DNA of 16,880 bases from assembly GCA_964452145.1 (NCBI GenBank), contig CAYVLA010000067.1, forward strand, positions 1 through 16,880. Direction: 5' to 3'. A program made the translations under genes and the position numbers. The first letter of the stretch is position 1. Each line of letters opens with the position of its first letter. The notes beneath the pieces were generated by a model. The model was not told the origin of the DNA and did no database searches. It saw nothing but the letters and a program-made list of their open reading frames with translations. Source of the stretch: Candidatus Hadarchaeota archaeon (GTDB taxonomy: Archaea; CAYQAE01; CAYVLA01). Below, one piece after another: positions 1 to 6,849 of this stretch.

Positions 1-945
1 GAGCATGGCAGAGAAGCGCTTAGGAGAATCGGCGCCCCCGAGGATCTGATGCAGTGCATCAGGAATCCCACCAAGGAAAAGACGGTCGAACTCATGAAGG
101 TGTGTGACTTTGCCGTGGCAACGGGCGGCGCCGAGTTGGTGAAGGTGGTCTATGCCGCTGGCAAGCCGTGCCACACGGTCGGGGCAGGCAATGTGATCTC
201 GATCGTTGACGAAACGGTCGAGATACGCTCCACAGCCAACAAGATTGTGCGGTCCAAGACCGCCAACAACTCCGCGTCCTGTTCCTCCGAGAACGCGGTC
301 GCCATCCATGATAGCATCTATGACGACATGATATCCGCCCTGAAAGCGGAAGGTGGGTATCTGTGCAACACGGTAGAACGGGAGAGGCTGAGAAAGACCA
401 TGTGGCCCGATGGGGTTCGTCTGAACAGGGATATCGTGGCCAAACCTGCACCCCGCATTGCCGAAATGGCAGCGATCGATGTACCTGAGAACACGCGGTT
501 CATCATGGTTCTGGGGGAGAAGCCGGGCCCTGAAGACAGGTTCTCAGGCGAGAAACTATGTCTGGTTCTCACCGTATGGAAGTGGAATGACTTCAGCGAG
601 ATTGTTGAACGCACGGCGCAAATGCTGAAGTTCTCCGGCGAGGGCCACTCGGTCTCGATCCATAGCACCAACGAAGATCGCCAGATGGAACTCGCCACAG
701 AGATTAACGTTGGAAGAGTGAACTGCAACATGCCCCATGCCATGGCGAACAGTGGTAGCTGGTTCAACGGCCAGCCTTTCACCGACACGCTGGGCTGCGG
801 CACCTGGGCTGGCAACATGACCACCGACAACATCAACTACAGACACTTCCTCAACTACACATGGCTTTCAGTTCCCATCGAGGAGTACGTTCCCAGCGAC
901 GAGGAGATTTTTGGAGACTATCTGAAGAAGTGGGGAAGAGACTGA
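1..945 (+). CDS. CoA-acylating aldehyde dehydrogenase, SauS (sulfoacetaldehyde dehydrogenase)-like; 5'-partial
   Basis: The frame is open from base 1 (EHGREALRRIGAPEDLMQ...). It has the NAD-binding ATGG...GKP..VGAGN, the catalytic Cys in SCSSEN, GEKL, GHSVSIHS and LGCGTWAGN. The C-terminus (NYRHFLN...PSDEEIFGDYLKKWG) resembles the SauS subgroup. Confidence 0.88.
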   Translation, partial: EHGREALRRIGAPEDLMQCIRNPTKEKTVELMKVCDFAVATGGAELVKVVYAAGKPCHTVGAGNVISIVDETVEIRSTANKIVRSKTANNSASCSSENAVAIHDSIYDDMISALKAEGGYLCNTVERERLRKTMWPDGVRLNRDIVAKPAPRIAEMAAIDVPENTRFIMVLGEKPGPEDRFSGEKLCLVLTVWKWNDFSEIVERTAQMLKFSGEGHSVSIHSTNEDRQMELATEINVGRVNCNMPHAMANSGSWFNGQPFTDTLGCGTWAGNMTTDNINYRHFLNYTWLSVPIEEYVPSDEEIFGDYLKKWGRD

Positions 946-1039
946 CCCTCTAGGTGAAGCCCGTGCTTCTCGATGACCAAGCCATCGTACGTTGGGCCAA
1001 CTCATCCAGCGCAATCAGGCTTGAATGTGGAGGTGCAAT

Positions 1040-2125
1040 GTGAGCATCCCTACTGCCTGTCGGGCAGCCGTCTTTGAAGGGGTCGGACAACCGCTACGCA
1101 TCGACTCGGTCCCACTGGTCAGTTCCCCTGCAGGCCATATCCTCGGGAAGGTGCGAATGGCTACGATCTGCGGTTCCGACCTTCACACCTTCACTGGGAG
1201 GCGCACCGAACCAATCCCCCTGGTTCTCGGCCACGAGGTTGTGGCCGAGGTTGCGACCCTTGGCAAGGGCGTCAATCGATCCAGTACAGGAAAGCCTCTC
1301 AAGGTCGGAGACCGCATCAGCTTCACCATTATGGCGAGCTGCGGCAAGTGCAGTAATTGCAGGACTGGCCTGCCACAGAAGTGTGAGTCGCTTTTCAAGT
1401 ATGGACACACATCCCTCAGCGACGGCCCTGGATTGAATGGCGGGTTCGCCGAGTACATCTGCCTGCGACCAGGCACAGGCGTGTTTCACGTGCCCCCGGG
1501 CCTTTCCGACAAGGAGGTATGTCCAGCGAACTGTGCACTGGCAACGGTGATTAATGGTCTAGAAACGATTGGAGTGCAGCCCGAAGAACGGATCCTCATT
1601 CAGGGGGCCGGGTTGCTCGGGCTTTACACCGCGGCCCTAGTCAAAGAGGGCGGGGCTTCGGAGGTAGTGGTCACCGACATCGATGATTCCCGACTTCAGA
1701 TGGCACGGCGATTTAAGGCCGATGAGGTGCTGAACGTCCAAGGCATGAACGACGATGAAATCATCCATACGCTGGGGCGGAGCCGATTTGACTGTGTCGT
1801 GGAGGTGTCCGGAGACCCCGCCGTTGTGTCGTCAGGACTGGAGCTCCTTGGCCTCCGCGGGCGGTACTTGATCATCGGACTCGTTTGTGCCGGGTCCCAC
1901 TTCACCGTCGACGGCAATACAATCACACGTAACTACCTCACAATCAAGGGCATCCACAACTATGCCCAAAGGCATTTGGCTGAAGCGCTAGATTTCCTCA
2001 AGAAGACCAAGTCGAGCTTTCCCTACGAGGGACTCATCAGCCGTATCCTACCACTTGCGGAGATTCAAGCGGCATTTGAGCTGGCCCTGGACAGGCACGG
2101 CATACGCGTTGCCGTCACCCCATGA
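1040..2125 (+). CDS. Zinc-dependent medium-chain alcohol dehydrogenase, resembling the phosphonate-catabolism-associated (HpnZ-proposed) family
   Basis: Catalytic Zn motifs ICGSDLH and GHE, structural Zn CxxCxxC-x7-C, Rossmann GAGLLG, and subfamily-like KYGH, PANCALATV and GIHNY..RHL..A..FL. GTG at 1040 follows SD GGAGGTG (1029-1035), so it is preferred over ATG 1025. Confidence 0.9.
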   Translation: MSIPTACRAAVFEGVGQPLRIDSVPLVSSPAGHILGKVRMATICGSDLHTFTGRRTEPIPLVLGHEVVAEVATLGKGVNRSSTGKPLKVGDRISFTIMASCGKCSNCRTGLPQKCESLFKYGHTSLSDGPGLNGGFAEYICLRPGTGVFHVPPGLSDKEVCPANCALATVINGLETIGVQPEERILIQGAGLLGLYTAALVKEGGASEVVVTDIDDSRLQMARRFKADEVLNVQGMNDDEIIHTLGRSRFDCVVEVSGDPAVVSSGLELLGLRGRYLIIGLVCAGSHFTVDGNTITRNYLTIKGIHNYAQRHLAEALDFLKKTKSSFPYEGLISRILPLAEIQAAFELALDRHGIRVAVTP

Positions 2126-2316
2126 GCTCGGAGCCGTCGATGCACAGTAACGCAAGATGTCTATGGTGCTGCAGGTATTCTCTGGGCCTGTGAGCCCTTC
2201 GGGTGTCGGAGGACTCAGGAACAGCCTTGCGCCTTGGGTCCATTCTTGGGGTCCCTGTGATTACTGGTTTCCCTGAGTCCCGGGAGACCGGCAAAGGTTG
2301 AGGTGCCTGCAAAGAC

Positions 2317-3168
2317 CTACGAAAGGGCGATGAGGGCCACTCCTGCCATCATGGCTGCTGCTGCCAGTACCTTCAGATCCGTTTTCTGCTCTCCCAGAAC
2401 CTCGAAGCCGAGAAGGACGGCGAAGAGTATTGATGTGGATCTTAAGGGTATGATGTAACTTACCTGGGTCAGTCTCATCGCAGATAGGACGATAAGGTAG
2501 CCGAATACGCACAGGAATCCGACAAGCAGGGCCTGGCGCCAATCAGAAGCAACCTGTTCCTTCAGGGCCGAGAGCCCGAAGTGGTTGAGGTAGTATGGGG
2601 ACAGGAGAAGGCCCGCCACGAGGAAGGTCATATAGATGTAGACGGTAGGATCGACGAATGAAACCCCGATCTTGTCGACGACTGAATACAGCGATATGCT
2701 TGCGCCCGTTCCAAGGGCAGCCACGGATGCAGGCTGTCTCAGACGGGAGAGTGATTCGGAGAGCGAGAACTTGCCCTCCGTGGGGGGGTGGAAAAGGAAC
2801 ATGGAAACAATGATCAGGAGTATGCCGGCCATGCCTAGAGCGGAGGGCCGTTCACCAAGAAAAGTGACCGCCCACACAAGTGTCAACATGGGAGCAATCC
2901 CCCGGGCGATGGGATAGGCATGGGATAGGTCGCCGTGGGAGTAGCTCTTGGCCAGAAGGGTGAAGTAGAAACAGAAGATGGAACCAGTTGAGAGTATGCA
3001 TGCCCATCCCTGCCAGGGGATCCGAGCCTTGGGGAACAGGACCAGAAAGACGGGGGTGTATAGGAGTATGGCGGACCAGACGTACAGGTAGGAGAAGAGG
3101 ACCTTGTTAGGCGACTTCTTCAGATGGAGATTCCAGAAAGCGTGAAGTACCGCTGAGACCAGAACCAT
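2317..3168 (-). CDS. EamA/DMT family transporter
   Basis: About 10 hydrophobic segments with SAVLHAFWN, GDLSHAYPIARG, FLGERP, YSVVDK and LGEQ, the typical two-repeat EamA pattern. The start is uncertain (ATG 3168, possibly a few codons upstream); the first ~70 aa of the track ORF do not look like EamA. Confidence 0.88.
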   Translation of the reverse strand: MVLVSAVLHAFWNLHLKKSPNKVLFSYLYVWSAILLYTPVFLVLFPKARIPWQGWACILSTGSIFCFYFTLLAKSYSHGDLSHAYPIARGIAPMLTLVWAVTFLGERPSALGMAGILLIIVSMFLFHPPTEGKFSLSESLSRLRQPASVAALGTGASISLYSVVDKIGVSFVDPTVYIYMTFLVAGLLLSPYYLNHFGLSALKEQVASDWRQALLVGFLCVFGYLIVLSAMRLTQVSYIIPLRSTSILFAVLLGFEVLGEQKTDLKVLAAAAMMAGVALIALS

Positions 3169-3355
3169 GAGAATGGGGGCGATGATCGTGGTACCACCTT
3201 TGGAGATGTGCCAGAGCGTGGGGACGGCCATGAGGAGAAACGTGTTACCATGTTCCCTCAAACGGGCGCAAGCTGAGAGGCTCTTCCTTGGCCGGGGTCC
3301 CAGGGTTGAAGTTGATAGACTGTCCTCAAGGGATCCAGATGTTGCCGCAGTGAGA

Positions 3356-3362
3356 TTTTTAT
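3356..3362 (+). promoter_or_regulatory. Candidate archaeal TATA box for the leader-peptide/rio1 transcript
   Basis: TTTTTAT in a GC-rich background, ~35 nt upstream of a perfect GGAGGTGA RBS. Confidence 0.55.
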
Positions 3363-3396
3363 CGGTCGGGCACCCACAACCAGCCAACAAACTGAA

Positions 3397-3621
3397 GGAG
3401 GTGACCGAGATGATTCAGGTGTGTATGAATGTGATGTCTCTGCAATGTGTGACACGGGGCGAAGATCTTGACACTCGGTCCCCTCCGGCAGGCTCATGAC
3501 CCCTCCGGGTTTCCTCTGGGCCGTTGGGCGTGGCCGAGCCGTTCAACGATTTCTTCCCACACACCATGGGTTCTAGTCTCGGCTCCTGCTTCTTTCTGGG
3601 GAGTGATCGCACCTGGAGGAA
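3397..3621 (+). promoter_or_regulatory. Structured 5' leader with alternative helices over RBS/start codons
   Basis: 3397-3409 GGAGGTGACCGAG is complementary (12/13) to 3474-3486 CTCGGTCCCCTCC. 3502-3510 and 3511-3520 can each pair over 3611-3621. 3582-3587 pairs with 3599-3604 and competes with 3536-3541/3580-3585. Confidence 0.5.
3410..3499 (+). CDS. 29-aa putative leader peptide (uORF) MIQVCMNVMSLQCVTRGEDLDTRSPPAGS
   Basis: ATG 3410 lies 5 nt after GGAGGTGA (3397-3404), downstream of a TATA-like box. It ends at TGA 3497-3499, 113 nt before the proposed rio1 start. Confidence 0.55.
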   Translation: MIQVCMNVMSLQCVTRGEDLDTRSPPAGS

Positions 3622-4968
3622 TTCCTCGAGGAAGGTAACGGAAACAAACGGGCAGCGAAGACCCGTGAGGCCACGGGACAGCTCTTCGACGATGCCACCC
3701 TGACCCTGCTAGGTTCCCTGCTATCTAAGGGTAGGCTGATAGAGATCTTCGGACCCGTCTCCACTGGCAAGGAGGCGGTCGTACTCAGAGCTCGGACAAA
3801 GGAGGGCGACTGCGCCCTTAAGGTGTACAGGCTCACGCCGTCCTTCAGGGCCACGAAGAAGTACTTCTCCGCTGATCCGAGGTACGAGAACCCGAAGATC
3901 GCCAAGATGAGAAGTGACCGACGGGGCATCGTCATGGAGTGGGCCAAGAGAGAGCACCACAACCTCATGGCTGCCCGCGAGATCGGACTCCAGGTTGCAG
4001 AGCCTCTTTTCTCGGAGGCAAACATCCTCGCCATGGAGTTCTTGGGCAGGAAAGGAGTTCCCTATCCCACTCTCCAGAGGGCTGCCGGCAGCCTCAGAGA
4101 TCTGGGAGAGGATGCGATCCTAGAGGTCTGGCGCCAGGTTCATGAGGCAGTCCTGCTCATGAGCAAACACAGCTTCGTGCATGGAGACCTGTCTCCCTAC
4201 AACATCCTCTACGACGAGGAAACCAACTCGATCAAGCTCATCGATATCTCGCAGTCCTACATCTCCCGCAAGATATGGAAGGAGGATCTCTTCAAAGCCG
4301 ATGTCCAAAACATCGGCGACTTCTTCCACAAGCTGGGAGTCAAGGTAGACCCGCTCCAACTCTACGAAGACCTGATCCGCAGGACCCATCTAGAGAAGGG
4401 CGAACTCCCGACACGACCCGTGGTCGTGAGCGAAGAAGCCCCCATGGTCATCCCGTCCCGAGGCATAACGCATCGGATCGAGGATCAGGATCTTCTCGCC
4501 GAGTTGGAGGAAAGGTCAAAGACCAGGATACGCCTCGATGGTTCCCACCTGAGAATCGAGGCCTCCTCCCCAGAAGGAGCCGAGGTCGTGAAGCGGGTCT
4601 TTGATGCAATCGCCAGAGGATTTCCCCACATAACTGCCCTCCGACTACTCTACCCCGACGTGCGCATCGAATGCATACATGCACGCTCGGTGTTGGGATC
4701 CAAGAAGAAAGCTCGCAGGCAGATCAGCCGGGTCATTGGTAGGAAGGGAGAGGTCAAGCAGGCCATAGAGAAGCACTCCGGAGCTGCCATCTCCATCAGA
4801 GGCAGCAAGATCAACATCATCGGCACGGCCCTCCAGATACAGCTGGCAACGGGAGCGATAGAGAGGATAATGAAGGGATACGCCCAGGAGGACTCTCTAC
4901 TGTATCTCAAGGAATTCGAGAAAGGGCACTACTTCGATATACATCCGTTCTGGGGGAACCAAGGATGA
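3613..4968 (+). CDS. rio1: RIO1-family Ser/Thr kinase/ATPase fused to a Dim2/Pno1-like KH RNA-binding module (451 aa if started at CTG 3613)
   Basis: RIO1 motifs FDDATL, STGKEAVV, ALKVYR, WAKREHHNL, VHGDLSPYNIL and IDISQS. From ~4444 it reads AIARGF...SRVIGRKGEVKQAIEKHSGAAISI...IIG, as in archaeal Dim2. The P-loop lies upstream of the track start (3823). There is an in-frame TGA at 3604, SD GGGGAGTGA at 3598-3606 and CTG at 3613. Confidence 0.9.
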   Translation: MEEFLEEGNGNKRAAKTREATGQLFDDATLTLLGSLLSKGRLIEIFGPVSTGKEAVVLRARTKEGDCALKVYRLTPSFRATKKYFSADPRYENPKIAKMRSDRRGIVMEWAKREHHNLMAAREIGLQVAEPLFSEANILAMEFLGRKGVPYPTLQRAAGSLRDLGEDAILEVWRQVHEAVLLMSKHSFVHGDLSPYNILYDEETNSIKLIDISQSYISRKIWKEDLFKADVQNIGDFFHKLGVKVDPLQLYEDLIRRTHLEKGELPTRPVVVSEEAPMVIPSRGITHRIEDQDLLAELEERSKTRIRLDGSHLRIEASSPEGAEVVKRVFDAIARGFPHITALRLLYPDVRIECIHARSVLGSKKKARRQISRVIGRKGEVKQAIEKHSGAAISIRGSKINIIGTALQIQLATGAIERIMKGYAQEDSLLYLKEFEKGHYFDIHPFWGNQG

Positions 4969-5105
4969 CCTTCGTGCAGGGGATCCCCTGGTCATCAGGA
5001 TCTCATCAGTGGCTTGCCCCTTGGCCATCCTGCGGCCAACTTGCCTGCTGGTTGCCTAGACTATGGGCAAAAGGGTTCTGGGACCACCTAGATGGAGGTG
5101 ACTGT

Positions 5106-6485
5106 GTGCCCGGGGACATGTACCGGCTTGCCTCAAATCCCACCAGGAGGAGAGTCCTCCTGTCCCTGCTCCAGGGAGGCAAATCCTTCTCGGACTTGAT
5201 GAGATCCGTCTCGATGGATCCGGAACACGACACAGGCCCCTTTCTCTACCATATGCATCGTCTCGAGGAAGTGGGGCTTGTTCGTGGCAAGGACGGTGTG
5301 TACTCCTTGACAGCCTCAGGACTGGAGGTTGCCGAGGCCCTCACAGTCATCCGGCGGGTCCTAGGTGAGGACGGGGAGAGGCCTGCCGAGGAAGCGGGCT
5401 TGAATGTGGATAGGGGATGCGGCCGGTCCCTGCACGAAGGAGGTCGGACGATGGGAATGAGGGAGAACTTGATCGTGAGGCTTCTCAGAAGGGATGATGT
5501 CGAAAGCGTTCTGGAAGTCCTCTGTCACCTAGACTTCTACCGGAGGCAGATCGATCACATGAGGGAGCACCTGAACCGGGTGGCATGCAGGGGGCTGGAT
5601 AGTTACGAGAACAACTTCGTGGGGGAGATGGATGGCAAAGCCGTCGCCAGAATGGTGGTTGACACCAACTACCCTCCTTACAGCGAGCTGGCAGGTCTGA
5701 TCGTTCACCCATCGTACAGGGGACGTGGATTGGGCAAGGCGCTTCTCACACGTTTCACGCAGTTCGCTGCCGAGAGAAATGCCCCCGTTCAGTACACAAT
5801 TGTCGATGGGGACAATCTTGTAGCACAGTCTCTCTACAGAGGGTTCGGATTCGAACCCGGGATACTCGATGGCTTCCACGAGAAGGGCCGGGAGATATGC
5901 ATGTTCCGATTTGGTGACGGATCCCAGCCGTGCGAGTTCCTCCGCAGACATCCCCTGGGCCAACTCAGGACCTCGTCTCGCGCATGCGGACAAATGGCTC
6001 TTGGAGGGATGGAATGGACCGACCCTCTTACAGGAGCAAAGCTGACATTGCACACAAAGGGGAGGCGTCATCTGTCAATGCCCCGGATCTCGAGGACGGT
6101 GATCCACGAGGGCCAAGTCTCAATCGATGCGGTAGCGGAGGAAGAGACGAGATCCATTGGCCCAGATCATGAGGGCGTCTTCCACGTCAAGATCACCAAC
6201 AACGGCAACACATCCACACGGATCGTCCTCAGGCTCCTTTTGCCCAGAGGGAGAGAGGTAGGTAGATCAGACCAGCCCGAAGTCCTGAAGCTGGGCCCGA
6301 TGTCGACTGGGGAGAGGCAGTTTCGGATCCGGATGATGCCCGACTTCGAGGTTCCGGCCTTGAGTTTCACCACTATCGTGGCAACATGCGTCATCGAGCT
6401 TAGAGAGCCTATCATCTGGAACTCGCCTTTGCTTGTTTCAGCTGGATTCGAGGATGTCCGGTACTCCAAGAGAGAGGCAATGTGA
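5106..6485 (+). CDS. ArsR-like winged-HTH fused to a GNAT acetyltransferase and a C-terminal beta-rich domain
   Basis: wHTH SNPTRRRVLLSL...SFSDLM...YHMHRL..GLV....VYSLTASG; GNAT motif A VHPSYRGRGLGKALL and N..AQSLYRGFGF. GTG 5106 follows GGAGGTGA (5094-5101). The frame is also open back to ATG 4965. Confidence 0.85.
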   Translation: MPGDMYRLASNPTRRRVLLSLLQGGKSFSDLMRSVSMDPEHDTGPFLYHMHRLEEVGLVRGKDGVYSLTASGLEVAEALTVIRRVLGEDGERPAEEAGLNVDRGCGRSLHEGGRTMGMRENLIVRLLRRDDVESVLEVLCHLDFYRRQIDHMREHLNRVACRGLDSYENNFVGEMDGKAVARMVVDTNYPPYSELAGLIVHPSYRGRGLGKALLTRFTQFAAERNAPVQYTIVDGDNLVAQSLYRGFGFEPGILDGFHEKGREICMFRFGDGSQPCEFLRRHPLGQLRTSSRACGQMALGGMEWTDPLTGAKLTLHTKGRRHLSMPRISRTVIHEGQVSIDAVAEEETRSIGPDHEGVFHVKITNNGNTSTRIVLRLLLPRGREVGRSDQPEVLKLGPMSTGERQFRIRMMPDFEVPALSFTTIVATCVIELREPIIWNSPLLVSAGFEDVRYSKREAM

Positions 6486-6849
6486 TCTCGCGCGCCGGCA
6501 GAAGACTGTTGGCGTGCACAACCCTGACGAACTTCAGTCGGGCAGAGAGTCGAGCCCTCTTCCCCAGAACTAGTGGATGTTAATGTGCAAGCCTACCTGA
6601 TAGATGTTATCCTCAAACTGAAGGAAACCGATGCGATGTTCCCACGATCAACGGCATCTTGTCGCGGCGCGCTTTTCAAGACCTGTTCCATCACGATCGG
6701 AGGATCCCATGATGGCCATGGGGCCCTGCAAGGCCACTTCGGTGGCCGAGCCTCTGAGATGAAGGGGGAGAGTAGAACTGGGGCAAAAGGACTGCAGTCG
6801 ACTGGGAACAGACGCGGAGACCTGGACCCATGTCAGCCTTGAGTACGAG

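Noticed and set aside
92..846. Three minus-strand ORFs of 96-172 aa
   Set aside because: They lie wholly antisense to the well-supported aldehyde dehydrogenase.
2190..2202. 13-mer GTGAGCCCTTCGG repeated at 15950-15962
   Set aside because: A few such matches are expected by chance in ~17 kb of GC-rich DNA, and the flanks do not align.
3616..3633. Overlapping palindromes GAGGAATTCCTC and TTCCTCGAGGAA
   Set aside because: Explained by the EEFLEE codons at the rio1 N-terminus. They may add to leader folding but do not support a separate element.
6760..6762. Selenocysteine readthrough of the in-frame TGA upstream of the AAA gene
   Set aside because: No redox-motif context and no SECIS-like element that I can identify.
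6573..6842. 89-aa plus-strand ORF upstream of the AAA gene
   Set aside because: No RBS, no motifs, and it overlaps probable promoter/leader signals.
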